From positions 47,120,001 to 47,184,000 of the forward strand of contig NC_043009.1 in assembly GCF_006345805.1 (NCBI RefSeq): a stretch of DNA of 64,000 nt, given 5' to 3'. The notes under the pieces are model-generated. The model did no database searches. It saw only the letters and a list, made by a program, of their open reading frames with translations, and was not told the DNA's origin. Of this stretch, positions 37,201 to 50,858 are shown piece after piece (position 1 is the stretch's first letter; the number at the start of each line of letters is the position of its first letter). This DNA comes from Octopus sinensis (Eukaryota). A program made the translations under genes and the position numbers.

Positions 37201-39367
37201 ATTCGGCACGCTACGATTTTGCAAGCTCACGATTCTGCAAGATGTAATGACATATAAGATAGCTATTTCCTTTCATTTTTTTTTTTTTTTTTGCTTTGCT
37301 TTTACTGACTGATACGGGAGGAAGGAGCAGTCTTCACTACCTTTGCAGGTCTTCTTTGACCGGTGAAATTGCAACAATTTACATTCCTCTTGAACACTTA
37401 TAAACCAGCATCTTCGGAAAAGACATGAACAAGGATAGAATTTCAGAAGATAGACATTTTGGGAAAGAACTAGACACAGTTATTAGTGCAGGGCAGAGAC
37501 GTGGGTCAGGTTAGACACAGCAAAGACGTGCCCTCTTTTTCATCGGACGTAAATAAAATATTTTTTAAGAAGATATTAATAGACCTAGTTAACCTTTTGA
37601 CTGCATTATCAAATTTCATTATTATTCCCGTAATGATGTTAATTATTCACAAATGCAATACTTTTTCACTATCTCCTGTACGTACGGTTTTCATTTCCAC
37701 CACTAATAGTATTTGTATAAAGAGATATTCGATAAAATATGTGAAAAAAAGATTATGAAAATTTGGAATATTGCCTTTGTTGAAATGAGTCAGTAGGATG
37801 TCTCTGCTTCTCACAACATAAATAGAGTTTTCTTGTTGTTTTTTTTTTTGCAAAGGCGTTGGGTAAAACCACTTTCCACAGTTAATGGTAATAAGGTTTT
37901 GAACGGATAAATCCGGTTTCCACGTTCAAGAAGTTAAACAGATCAGTTTAGCTGTATCTGACGTTGTATACACTATAAATGGCTACAAGCGGTGTTTCCT
38001 TTTTGTTTTGTTTTTTTTTTCTTTATTTAGTTGTTAAACATGCATACACAAGATTTTCTAGATGAAATCGGGTTTATCCTTTAATTGAAGAAATTCGAAC
38101 AATGGTTACAGGCGTGGAATGCGAAATACTTTGCAAAGAAAGACCTCGCAGAATCGTTACACCGTCAGACAAAATGCCTAGCATCTTTTCCTCTGGCTCT
38201 TTACGTTCTACGTTCAAATGCTACCGAGGTCGACTTTGCTTTTTATTCTTTTATGGTTGATAAAATAAATACCAGTTGATAAAATAAGTACCAGTCACGT
38301 ACTGGTATCGATGTAATCAACTTCCCCGTCCCCTCAAAATTGCTGGCCTTGTACCAAAGCTAGAAAGTAAAAAATTAGTAGGGGTATTAACTTTAACCTA
38401 AACTAAACTAGTCAATTATTTCCACTGTATCTTTCTTTTTTAAAAATGTCGAGTAAATTAAGGAAAGTTGGTTTCTATTTCTAGTAGATAAAACAACCGC
38501 AAAGAGGTCCCTTATTGGTTCATGTTTCGCGTAGTAGCAACATAATGTAAATTTTTGTGTAGTTATATCATCTTGTGAATATTAGTTTCTGCCGCATCAC
38601 TTATTTCGGTGACCCACTATCCCCATGGGGTTTGTGTGGATTGTTACATTTAAAAATGGGATCGTCCTTCTATTTGACACCATAACAAGGCTCGAACAGT
38701 GCATTTTATCGGCGTGTCATTAGACTTCTTGTTGTTTTAGTAACAAGATGCAATTATTTTTTAAATAAAAACGTGACGATGTCTATCGTTCTATCCAAAC
38801 AAAGTGACTCACTTTCTTATATTTTTCCCACCAAAACTCAACAGTATGGGAAGTTGAGTAGCAGCTTGACATTGTCTCGAATCGATTCTCATGCTCGGTA
38901 AGTGTCATGCTGTGTGTTCAATCATAATGTATCTAATCTGGGAATATTTGTTTAATAATCAAACCGCCAGAAGCGTACTTCTCTATTTTCTTGAGCCTAC
39001 AATTAAATTCCAGTCTTATTTACATAGTTTGAACTATCTGTCTGGTTCTGTATGCTCAACCAATCCCTTGTTATTTCACCAAATAAAACTTAACGTTGAT
39101 CGCATGAAGATGTCAGTTCCTTGTTACATGAGTTTTGGTTTGTATTTGGTAAATTGCAATTCATTTAATTTAATTGTTGTTAATGACCTTAATTAGTGTC
39201 CATCAATGTGTCCTGAAAACAACAACAACAACAAAAGAAAACGTATTTTAATCTAAGAGGAATAAGTGTGAAGTATTATGGGAAGTGAAGGAAAAGAAAG
39301 AGATAAAGGAAAAGTTTGAAAATAAAATTGCCATATTAACTGAAACTAATTACTAATTTACTCCACC

Positions 39368-39556
39368 CATTCCTTCCTCCTAGAACGTCGCATCCACCTG
39401 GAATTCCTTCCCTGCTTATTCTTTTCTCGCAGGTGTTGACTTACAAAGGTTCAAACGGAATATTAACAACATCAATATCATCGACCTAGTCTCGGGTACT
39501 TGCCCCATTCACCAGACAACAGAAGTAAAAATAAATAAATAAATAGATAAATAAAA
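39368..39556 (+). mobile_element. 3' end of a CR1/L2/Jockey-group LINE with (TAAA)n tail
   Basis: SF(L)PRT/ASTWNSFPAYSFLAGVDLQRFKRNIN resembles the RT..LWNSLP...F....DL..FK C-terminal motif; followed by aaataaataaataaatagataaataaa. Confidence 0.55.
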
Positions 39557-40208
39557 GCTTAATTTACGTAGCAGCAACTTCTCTCCAATTCAAACACGTA
39601 CATATAAGTCTAACCCCCATTGCACGAAAATATAAAATCATATAAAGATACTGACAACTTGTTAAGATATTCAAACAAAATATAATTGTTTAAATAAACT
39701 GGATAAGTAAAATTATTCGAAATTTCTAGACGGTTTCAGGACTAGGTATACTGGGGTTATGTCAACTGCTGAGGATTTTAGAAATAATTCCAATCATTAT
39801 TTGAGTAATATCCGGTGGTATGTTTAATTTGAAATGTAATGCAAGTTATACCGTTTTTGATAAAATTACAAGTTGAGCCTCATTAGACTTTAATTAAGGT
39901 GATTAACAGCGGTATTTATCTCTCCTCTGGGCAGAATAATAAGATGGTGATGATTAGTTTCTGGTCTTCGTGCACCTTCATGACACAGAGCAATACCTAT
40001 CTTCAGTGGACAAAGAGACTAGAAGCTTAGGGCTATCAATCGAGTATACAGAATCGGTCTATCGAAGATGCGTAACAGTATATGATAATACAGTTAATTA
40101 ATAACGTTCTATAGCGTTTCTTTTTCTTTCTTTCTTTTTTTGCTTTTGTTTTTTTTTTGATAATTTAAAATCTAATTGCTAGGTTTGTCGGTCTTTATAA
40201 GCATACTA

Positions 40209-40756
40209 TTGGGTTGTCCGGAAAATTCGTGCCGATTTTTAAAGGCAAGAAAAAGGTCAATAAACAGGTGCTCATAAACGACGGATTTTGATAGGTTGAG
40301 GCTTTCTGCCAATTCTCAGGTTGTGCAATGTGGGTTATTCTCAATTAATGACTTGATTTGGTCATCATCTGTAGTGGATGGTCTGCCTGATCGCTCTTTA
40401 TCAATAAACCTACAATCTCCAGCTCGGAACCTTGCGAACCACTTCCGTACAGTTCTTTCGGATAAAGAAACATCCCCGTAAACTGCGCATATTTCTTTGG
40501 TTGCTTGTGAGGCATTTTTCCTTTTGCGGAAAAAGAAAAGCATCAAGTGCCGAAAATGAACTTTCTTATCTTCCATTTTAAAGGGTTACAGAATTAACAC
40601 AGGTTATAGGAACATAAACTTCTCCACGAAAAGATAGCTTAAACTATGTTCTAAATGGAGGTGTAGTCAAATCCTATTTTATGGACTCAACCATGTTCTA
40701 AAATAAGTCGAAAGGTAAGCTACTATAAATCGGCACGAACTTTCCGGACAACCCAA
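40209..40756 (-). mobile_element. Internally deleted mariner (DD34D) element retaining the transposase N-terminal HTH region
   Basis: 30-bp TIRs ttgggttgtccggaaa(a/g)ttcgtgccgattt, TA at both flanks (40207-8, 40757-8). ORF 40316-40576 MEDKKVHFRHLMLFFFRK...ERTVRKWFARFRAGD...ERSGRP is mariner HTH-like (mellifera-subfamily-like wording). Confidence 0.92.
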
Positions 40757-41240
40757 TATTTTAGCCTTGTTGTAATGGCCAAACAAAGTAATTGTACTAT
40801 AAGTTTCAAGTTGCTGAAAAGGACGTTGCATGCTGCACACACACACACACACACACACACATCCTAGATTGCATCCAGAAAAGAACCACTCGTCTTTTTT
40901 AGCATTTAGTTATCGATGCATGTAGTGTTGCAAAAATTAGTTGGATCAGCTTAGCTATGCTCAACTTTGTATGCAATACATGTAGTTATACACTTCTAAC
41001 TCCACCCTGAACATAAGATGTAGGTTCTTTCTCTGATGAAGGTATGAAGGCCAGAAACTAATCATATTGATCCCATATTTTCTGTACATAGAATGACGTA
41101 AAATGTGATATAACCAGTGATGTAATTACTTGTTTAGTTTTCAATGTTTATCTTCAAAAAATCATATACTTGAGATTCGATTTTAGATTATCAAAAATAC
41201 ATAAATAAATTTATTATTCATTACTAATTAATCTTACACG

Positions 41241-41290
<50 letters not shown>

Positions 41291-41299
41291 TATATATAT

Positions 41300-41332
<33 letters not shown>

Positions 41333-41333
41333 T

Positions 41334-41367
<34 letters not shown>

Positions 41368-41629
41368 GTATATATATAATACCCAGTAATTGTGTTGGTA
41401 ATATTTAATCCGAATCGTGAACTGTCATCACTATATTTCTATCCTCAAGATACATTAATTCTATGAGTAAAAAATTCTATAATTCTGTGTAATAATGATT
41501 TTCAAATAGGTATGTAGAGCGTAATATATAAAGAGGTTCGGAAAGTTGGAAGTTTTGATGTTTGTTCTGTATTTCTCAGATATATTGAAAAGATCTGTGT
41601 ATACGTATATTGGTCCTTCTTAATTTGAT

Positions 41630-42030
41630 GAGCAGGCGGAATCATTAATGCGCCGGACAAAATGCTTAGCAGCATTTCGCCGTCTTTACGTTATGAGTTT
41701 AAATTCCGCGGAGATCGAATTTGCCTGTCATCCTTTTGAGGTCGATAAAATCAGTACCAGTTGAGCACTGGGGTTGACCATATCGACTTACTCCTTCCCA
41801 CAAACTTGTTGGTTTTGTGCCAAAATTTGAAATCAGTATTTCTTGTAGAATCGTTAACGCGCCGGACAAAATGCTTAGCAGCATTTCGTTCGTCTTTACG
41901 TTATGAGTTTAAATTCCACGGAGGTCGACTTCGCCTTTCATACTTTTAAATACCAGTTAAATGTTGGGGTCGATGTAATCAACTATATCCCTCTCCCGAA
42001 ATTGCTGGTCTTGTGCTAAAATTTGAGACC
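41630..42030 (+). mobile_element. Family B-related SINE, locally duplicated
   Basis: Two consecutive units share private variants (gcgccggacaaaatgcttagcagcatttcg, ttatgagtttaaattcc). Confidence 0.7.
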
Positions 42031-43054
42031 AATATTTCTCGTGGAATGACAGAACCAGAAGAGTAACAAACAAAATGCATTGAATAGTCTCAGCCCCTAT
42101 TGGCTTAAAATTCCGAATCCAAATCTCGTCGATTTTGCCAACCATCTGCCAATGATCGATAAAATAGTACAAATATCATTTGAGTACTCAGGTCAAAATA
42201 ATCGATTTACCCCTACATCATATTACTTTTAATTAATGCAGTTGGCTAAAATTTGTTTGGCGTTCCAGTTTTTCAAGGATTACATTTTATTTTGAATTCC
42301 TTGAATTCAAATGGTCTGCTTTCTAGCCCTCACCCCACAATCTTAAAATGTCCGCATGTTGTATTTGCAGGAAAATACTTCCTCATATGCACAGAGTAGA
42401 GTTAAACAGTATTTTTGTATCCACTCAGTGTTTGAAGTGTTAAATACCAAGATATCTCGATAAATATGTTGAATACCAATAAATGGTAATTTTTTTTCCT
42501 GTACTGTCTCCTATATTTTAGTTTTTGTTCTTTGACCTGATCACCCAAAATAAAAAGGATGAAATTGTCGAGTTAGTTTAGGCGTGTCTCAAAGACATGT
42601 AAACAAACTAAATTAAACAATAAGGGCAAATCAATAATTACACTTAATACGTATTTATAACCAAACAAACCTACTATTTATCTTTCCTGCTACTTGACAT
42701 CTTTATCGATAACTGACAGACGACAGATTGATATTAGGCGTAAGTGAGTGAAAATTATAGTTTAATCCAATGGATTTGAATATAAATTTATCAGCAAATG
42801 TAGGTGAGGGAAGCTATAATTTCTTTAATTAAAATTTAGAAAGACTAATGGAAGAGGATGAATCATTTTTAATTTAACGAGAAATGTAGAACTAAATATC
42901 GGTTTTTAAATTTTGGCACAAGGACAGAAATTTGGGGTGAAGGGGTACCCAGTGCTCAAATCGTACTTATTTTATCGATCCCGAAAGGATGAAAGGTATA
43001 AATAGGCCCAGAGGGTAACGTAGAACTTAATATCAGCAAACGGAAGTAATAATG

Positions 43055-43390
43055 AATAGGCATGGCTGTGTGGTTAAAAAGCTCGCTATCTTATCACGTA
43101 GTTTCGGTTTCAGTTCCTCTGCTCGGCACCTCGGATAAATGTATTCTACTACAGCTCTGGACCGACTTGTGTCTTGTGTGTGAATTTAGTTGTTGGAAAC
43201 TACATTTGTGTTTGTGTTTGCTTTCTCATCACCGCCTGACAACCGGTGTCAGTTTGTTCTCGTCCCCGTAACTTAGTGGTTTGGCCAAAGAAACCGATAG
43301 AATAAGTAGACGACTTTAAACAAATTAGTACTGGGGTTGATTTGTTCGATTAAGCTCGTTAAGGCGGTGCCCCGGCATGGCCGCAGTCTA
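43055..43390 (+). mobile_element. SINE family A, old diverged copy
   Basis: gcatggctgtgtggtt...aaggcggtgccccggcatggccgcagtc. Confidence 0.7.
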
Positions 43391-43667
43391 ATGACCGAAA
43401 AGAGTAAAAAAATATGATTGAGAATCTTACCTCCATACTGAGTGTTGTGAATTTAACGCTATCGTTTAGTATTTGATATCAATTTTTTTCGCTGTAAATA
43501 AGATAGTTAAATATCCATGATAGGCTAGGCTTATATGTAAATATTTTATTTCTTCTGTATGCTGTCAGCTTGTTGTCACTTTAAATAGCTGTGTTGTTAC
43601 GAATGTTAGGAACCGGCTACTATGTTGTATATTATAGTGTAAGTGTGGATAGCAATTAACAGTAGCA

Positions 43668-43774
43668 ATTTCGTTGTTATAAACCTTTAATTCATTTCGT
43701 TTTTATAAACCTTTAATTCATTTCGTTGTTATAAACCTTTAATTCATTTCGTTGCTATAAACCTTTAATTCATT
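43668..43774. repeat. 26-bp minisatellite, 4.1 copies (atttcgttgttataaacctttaattc)
   Basis: Units start at 43668, 43694, 43720 and 43746, with single substitutions in units 2 and 4. Confidence 0.95.
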
Positions 43775-44076
43775 GTCAACAAAGTCATGCGGAAAGAGAC
43801 AATCTAGGTTAAATTAAGTTTTGCTGATGAGGTTTAATACGTTCCTAATACTAATAACTTTTAATTAATTTAAATTCTGTGAGTTGTCTCCTTTATCTTT
43901 CTTAACTAGAGTTAATCATTTAGATCAGTTGTCCTCAGTTGATGTCCTTATGACCTTTAGGGGTCCATAAAATATTTTGTTGTTAAAACTTATGTGCTAT
44001 AACTTACTTATATTTCTACAATATACAAACTATTTTAACAATTTCTTTTATGCAATTCCTAATATATTTAATTATA

Positions 44077-44642
44077 TTGGGTTGTCCGGAAAGTTCGTGC
44101 CGATTTATAGTAGCTTACCTTTCGACTTATTTTAGAACATGGTTGAGTCCATAAAATAGGATTTTACTACACCTCCATTTAGAGCACCGTTTAAACTATC
44201 TTTTCCTGGAAGATGGTTTATGTTCCTATAACCTGTGTTAATTCTGTAACCTTTTAAAATGGAAGATAAGAAAGTTCATTTTCGGCACTTGATGCTTTGG
44301 GAACCAGACAACAATTGCTGCAGCTCGGCTGGGATGTGTTACCCCACCCTCCATATTCACCAGATATTGCTCCTTCGGATTTCCACTTATTCAGGTCTCT
44401 GCAGAATAGTCGTAATGGTAAAAATTTCAATTCCTTGGATGACTTAAAAAGATACCTTGATGAATTCTTTGCCATGAATCTACCTCAATTCTGGGAAGAG
44501 GGTATTTTCAAGTTAAAGGAAAGATGGAGACGCATTGTGCAACAAAATGTTTCGTATTTGGTTGATTAAAAATGTAATGGCAAGTATTTATTGACCTTTT
44601 TCATTCCTTTAAAAATCGGCACGAACTTACCGGACAACCCAA
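44077..44642 (+). mobile_element. Internally deleted mariner element of the same family retaining the transposase C-terminus
   Basis: Same 30-bp TIRs, TA flanks (44075-6, 44643-4). The first 13 codons MEDKKVHFRHLML are fused to GWDVLPHPPYSPDIAPSDFHLFRSLQN...WEEGIFKLKERW (YSPDIAPSD catalytic motif). Confidence 0.92.
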
Positions 44643-44965
44643 TATAAATATAAGATTTTTTTAAACATCGAATCGCTATGATGGTCACCCAACTAAAACA
44701 GGAACCAAATGGGTTCATAGGTAAAACATGGCTGAGATCCACTGATTTAAATAATGCCCCCCCCCCCACCACCAATATGGTGTAATTTTAATAAATAAAC
44801 ATTTCTTGGTTCATTACTCCATGCATTGTTTATGCACTGCCCACCGACTGATTGTTATGAAGAGGGAATAGACTATTCTCACTACTGTGCACTCATTCAC
44901 GTATTCTTTGGAACATTACTGACATCGAATACATAAGATGTATAAGAATATATAACTTATGATAT

Positions 44966-45377
44966 AGGCGCAGGAGTGGCTGTGTGGTAAGTAGCTTGCT
45001 TACCAACCACATGGTTCCGGGTTCAGTCCCACTGTGTGGCACCATGGGCAAGTGTCTTCTACTATAGCCTCGGGCAGACCAAAGCCGAGTGGATTTGGTA
45101 GACGGAAACTAAGAGAAGCCCGTCGTATATATGTATATGTGTATATATATATATATGTGTGTGTGGTTGTTTTTCTGTGTTTGTCCCCCCAACATCGCTT
45201 GTCAACCGATACTGGTGTGTTTACGTCCCCGTAACTTAGCGGTTCGGCAAAAAAGAGACCGATAGAATAAGTACTAGGCTTACAAAGAATAAGTCCTGGG
45301 GTCGATTTGCTCGACTAAAGGCGGTGCTCCAGCATGGCCGCAGTCAAATGACTGAAACAAGTAAAAGGGTAAAAGAG
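44966..45377 (+). mobile_element. SINE family A, full length
   Basis: Same head, body and tail as the other family A copies. Confidence 0.9.
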
Positions 45378-48300
45378 AAGAGAGAGTATATAAAATCGGA
45401 TATAATTAGATACATAAGAATATATATCTTATGATAGATATAATTAGAACTTCTCCATCGATGATCAACGATAAAGATAATGTGGTTGTGAATTCTTTTC
45501 ATCAACTGCGAAGATCCATCTTCAAAAACCGTAGCATTTCTTTTATATTATTAGTAATTGCCTAAGGTTATATAATGCTAATAGCAATCATGCTTATGTT
45601 CTTCTTATTAGGGAGTCTTAGATGCAGTAGCGGCACCAGGTTAGGGCAATCACAGCCACAAGGATCGTCTAGTTTCGCAAAATTTAATCTTAATCTGACC
45701 CTGTACAAACACCATTCATTGCTTGTTGATTTTACTTTTGCAGACGTTACGCGTATTCGATGTATTTCCGTAACAGCCCTCGCTAATTTGTCGCTTTAGT
45801 ACATTTATTCTATGCTATTTTTACAAACAGGAATCAGCAGATAAGTGCTGGAAATAATATCTTCCTTAGGTTTGCACTTTGTTTCCTGTTACATTTAATT
45901 TTGTGTAACGCTGATTAAGTTTTTTTCCGTATTTGTACATTCCATCATTTTACACATGTACCAAGTAGAATCAATCATTTAATTGACCTCCGAGCATGGC
46001 ACATTAACTTCACTGCGATCCTTTGTTTCACTCCGAATATCACCATCGGTAAGACCATTTCTTTTACTGTAATCGTTATGAAGTTAATCTACTACACTTC
46101 TATAGCTCATTCTTGTATCGTTTATTTGCCATTATTATTTTTTTTACAAGTATATATTTTGTAACTTGATGTGTTGTTATATCGTAGTTGCTGCCCTGCA
46201 GTGAATATACGTCTTGACCTCTTGTCATTTTGTTAATTTGAGGATTTCCGCGATTTCTTTGTTCATCAATTGTAGACAAATATGGCTGCCGTCGCTGTCC
46301 TTTCTCTCTCAGTTAAGATTTTCTACTTCAGCTTTCTGATTTATATTGCTTTCTATTAGACGTATGGAGTAGATGCAGCAACGCCAGCCTCTGAATTCGA
46401 GTGAGATTTGATGTTACGGTAAAAAAAACCAAAAAATGTGAAAATTCTCGGTCAAAAACTGCTGTAATCACTATTTTTCTGAGTAGAAACGGCTAGCAAC
46501 CCGACAGTTGATACTTCGTTAGAACTACGGTTCAAATTTTAGCCGGGACTCCTATCATATTGTATATTTCTGAACATTCTTTAGTACCTTCAGAAGAGTG
46601 AAGTTATCTACGTCACACTGTAAGATAAGATCGTCTGAATCATTCGGCTTCGATTAGTATTGAACTGTCGCAAAAAAAAAAGAATAAATAAAATTTTAAA
46701 ATTCAGTTTTACGTAAAGCTGTAGGCGAGATTATCGAAATAGTCGGCTAATTGAAGAACAAATTTCTTTAGTTTTTAATTCCTTTTTGAAATTTATGTCT
46801 GATGTAAAAATGTGTAATATAAAAAAATGTTATCAAATGTTGTCATTTCCCGATCAAACATTTTCGCAGTTTTTGTTGTAACAACGCTATAGTGTTAGTT
46901 TTATTAGCTTAGTTTATTTGTTCTATGATTTTTTGATTTCTCGAGCAATTTGAATTTTTTTTTCTGGCAAAAAGCTTAGGTTTTACCTCTTCTGTCTCCT
47001 CCAAAATATTACCCGTACATCGTTTAATTCTTTCTTTTGTCTATCATCTTTTGTATGTAGTTTTTCTCGTTTGGATAGTACATTGTATACGCAGAAGTTA
47101 CCCGAAGTCCTGCTCTTTGGATCTTATCACCTCCCTCGTAAACCACCTCCACAATATACAAATTATGGCTTTATTTCGTAGCCGAATTAACTTTAATTGA
47201 CTTTGAGATGAGAAAGCGAAATTCCCTCATAAAAAATATTTGTTTATTTAATGATGTAATATAATAATAACGTTCGTTTATTTTCAATTAGGAAAGAGCA
47301 CTATTAGATTTCTTAATGTGTCGAGCAACTGCGAGAGTAGGTATTTTATCATTTTTCAAACAAGACATAACCTGTCAATTCTTTGTTGCCAATCCGTTAT
47401 AAAATGGATATACAACTAAGAAAGAGGTCTAAGAGGTTTAGGAAGAAGAAAACATGGAGAAACAACCGCAAAACTCTTAATTTTTCTTAAATAAGTCATG
47501 TTTTAAAAATATACTTTTTTGGCTGAAATTTTAATCAGATATCATTAAGAAATTACAATTTATTCATAATAACAATTATAGGTGCAACATCGATATTCTT
47601 CCCTGTGTTTGTGAAAATTTTGTATCTCTGCTGTAAGGCTTCATTTCCACACACGCCAGCTGAATTCAATTTGTCCCCAGTCGAAAGACACCTGTTGTTA
47701 TGTCCTGTTATTATTATTTTTATTGTATTTATATTATATTTATATTTGTGTAACATTGTCTGTTTTTCCGTCCTTGTTTTTGTATACAGTTGATGTTTTC
47801 TTCCAAGGAATCAAATGCTCTTAGCTTAGTTTTTCCTTGGGGCTGGCCAGATTGGATCAATCTCAAGATTAATCAGCCGAAATTGCGAGGATGATCTGGT
47901 TCTTGACTGAGGATAGAAAGCTTCGAATGACCCGTCCTTGTTTTTTTGTATCGTCTATCTGGATGTTTCGTTGTCCCTTTTTGTATCACCTAGTTGTCCG
48001 GTTGTTTTGCGTTCTTGTCCCATTTTGTATTTTATATATATATAGCGGCGTACGTACACTTTGTATGTATGTATGTATGTATGTATGTATGTATGTATGT
48101 ATGTATGTATGTTTGACGGGATTCTTTCAGTTTCTGTCAGGCAAATCCATTCAGAAGGCTTTGATTGACCCGAGGTTATAGTAGAAAACATTTGCCCAAG
48201 GTGCCACGCAATGGGACTAAACCCGAAACACGTGGTTGCCAGGCGAGTTTCTTAGCTGCACAGCTATGTCAAATAACTAACAGTGTAGGAATTCCCTTCC

Positions 48301-49606
48301 TTAGATAAAGACCAGTTTCAGAATATATTTGATGATTAAAAATAGACGAAAAAGAAAAACTAACGCCATAAACTGGTTCAGTGTTTCTGTCACCAATGTG
48401 AGAAAGCCTGCTTGCTATGTGTAAGGATAGTTTTGTGAGAAACAACGTAATTAACAGGTTATCAAATTGTAGTATTTTTAATTACCTGTCTCTTGAGTTA
48501 GATTATTACGGGAATAGTATTGTGTTTTACACCACCGACACCATCACCACCACTCCTCCTATTACTACTACTACTATTACTACTACTACTATTACTACTA
48601 CTGCTGCTGCTGCTGCTGCCGGCAACAACAGGGAAACATAAATTCACCCAACTTCAGTAGATATCATCTCCGAACTTGAGTTTCGTTTCCAAATCTCCTT
48701 TAAACTACTGGAACCCACCACACTGCGTTACGGAAAAGTTGCTGTAGAGTGAAATTTCGCAACGCGAAACACACATTCTCATTGACTTCCGTGTCCATTA
48801 ACTATCATGTAACACGGAAGTCAATGAAAACTAAATATGTTTCGCGTTACGGGACTCCACGTTACGATAATATTTTCATGAGCACAGTGCTTTCATAATC
48901 ACTATCATCATTTTGGATTGAGAAATTTTTTCTAAATTTTTCTTTCATTCCTTTCCTCCTACACTTTCCCTCTCCTACTTCCTTTTCTCCTTTAATCTTT
49001 CCTTTCTAAATTCCTTATCCATTTTCTTCTATGTCTTCCCATCACCATCACCACCACCACCATCACCGTCTCATATTTGCCGTTTTCACATTACATTTAT
49101 ATGTTAATAAGCTTTCTTACACAGAGGGATGTCAGTTTTTCCTTTGTACAATCAATATTACTTTGAACTTCCCTTCTGACCCGACAGTGGTATGTAACCA
49201 ACGGTTGCTAATAGTTACCAGGTAGTGAAGCCAAACACGTCATTGCCAAACTTTGTAATAACAATAATTATTATTAGTCACCACAACAAGACCTTGTAAT
49301 GACAATAAAGCCAGCTGCCTCTGAAGGCTGTTTATCTCTAAGGCCGTCTTTTGTCCATTAATTAATTATATTTTCTATCATACACCAATTCTCCTGTCCA
49401 CCAATCTGCCAGACAATCTGGACAGACTGGAGCTTCATAAGAGACAACTCTTTGGATATAAATCAAGAGAAGTCAGATCTAATCTAATCCTGTTATTTTG
49501 TATATATTGTACTAGAATGTTACTTGTCATATAACGGTTAATATTTGTAAGTTTGTCTTTGTCACTGTGGGTGATATCATGTATAGTAATTAATTATTAT
49601 AATAGG

Positions 49607-49609
<3 letters not shown>

Positions 49610-49667
<58 letters not shown>
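49610..49667. repeat. (TTA)n microsatellite
   Basis: Directly visible. Confidence 0.97.
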
Positions 49668-50486
49668 GTCATTTTTACTTTTAATCTGCATGTTTGTTAC
49701 AGTCACTTTCCGATTCACACCCAGCGTCCTGGGGCGAGTGAAGGATAAGCGATGTTACAGAATGACTGAAAGCTTGGGGAGGGGTGGTAGTGAAATATCT
49801 TCATGTAATACAACAAAGGCATTTAAATGGATCACATTATCATTATATTATTATAATAATTATTATTATTGAGTGAGAGAGAGCGCAGTGCATGCCATCA
49901 AAGTGACACTGGGGTAAAATATACGAAGCCCAGAATACCCATCATGACTACCCGTCTGATAAAGGTACACTAGGCACATGGGTTAATTAAATAAGTATCA
50001 GTTGTGCACTGGGGTCGATATAATCGACTTGTCCCCTCCCAGGAAATGCTGGCCTTGTGCGAAAATTTAAAACCAATATTGACTGCGTGGAATAAAATCT
50101 GAAAAACAATCTAAAACTATTTGGAAATAGAGAGAAGATGCCCGTATGATGTATACGTGTAGGAAGATTGTTGTTCTTGTTGTTACGGTTGTTATTTAGC
50201 CTTAGGCCGGCCCTGGTGGAGCAGATCCTGATCAAATGCATTCCAGCCTTGATCATCCTTCTCTTTAGGGGTATTTATAACTAAATCTGTCATTTTTTTA
50301 GCAGTAGGGGCGCTTTTATAGAAGTTCGACTACTACTTTTAGCAGATCGGGTGGTCAAGTAGGGGCTCTCTGATTAGGGTTCTTTATATCATGGCTGAAG
50401 ACCCCTTTAGTACATGCGTATGAAAAAAAGATTCTATAATTTATTATTTATTTAATGTAATTTTTAAATTACAAAATCATATATAT

Positions 50487-50858
50487 AGGCGCAGGAGTGG
50501 CTGTGTGGTAAGTAGCTTGCTAACCAACCACATGGTTCCGGGTTCAGTCCCAGCCTCGGGCCGACCAAAGCCTTGTGAGTGGATTTGGTAGACGGAAACT
50601 GATAGAAGCCCGTCGTATATATGTATTTATATATATGTGTGTGTGTGTGTGTATGTTTGTGTGTCTGTGTTTGTCCCCCTAGCATTGCTCGACAACCGAT
50701 GCTGGTGTGTTTACGTCCCCGTCACTTAGCGGTTCGGCAAAAGAGACCGATAGAATAAGTACTGGGCTTACGAAAGAATAAGTCCCGGGGTCGATTTGCT
50801 CGACTAAAGGCGGTGCTCCAGCATGGCTGCAGTCAAATGACTGAAACAAGTAAAGAGA
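50487..50858 (+). mobile_element. SINE family A, near full length (internal deletion after the B box)
   Basis: Head and tail intact; the actgcgtgg...actat segment is missing. Confidence 0.9.

Noticed and set aside
37349-37555. Possible exon (ctttgcag acceptor, ATG at 37425, GTTAGA/GTAAAT donors)
   Set aside because: The 29-codon ORF is not in phase with the INF2 exon, no homology is recognised, and such signals are frequent by chance.
38520-38960. Possible Tc1-type 5' end on the minus strand (MTLTEHE...)
   Set aside because: Similarity is limited to a few residues; no TIR pair or TSD found.
41033-41065. CTGATGAAGG...CCAGAAACTAATC hammerhead-like string
   Set aside because: Core is present, but stem II is only 2 bp, stem III is imperfect and there is no stem I partner; at best a decayed relic.
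47893-48040. CTGA(G/A)GA...TTCGAA(T/A)...GTC motif in a repeat also present at 21290-21380 (-)
   Set aside because: No stem I or stem III pairing could be built, so it is not called a hammerhead; it remains a real two-copy repeat.
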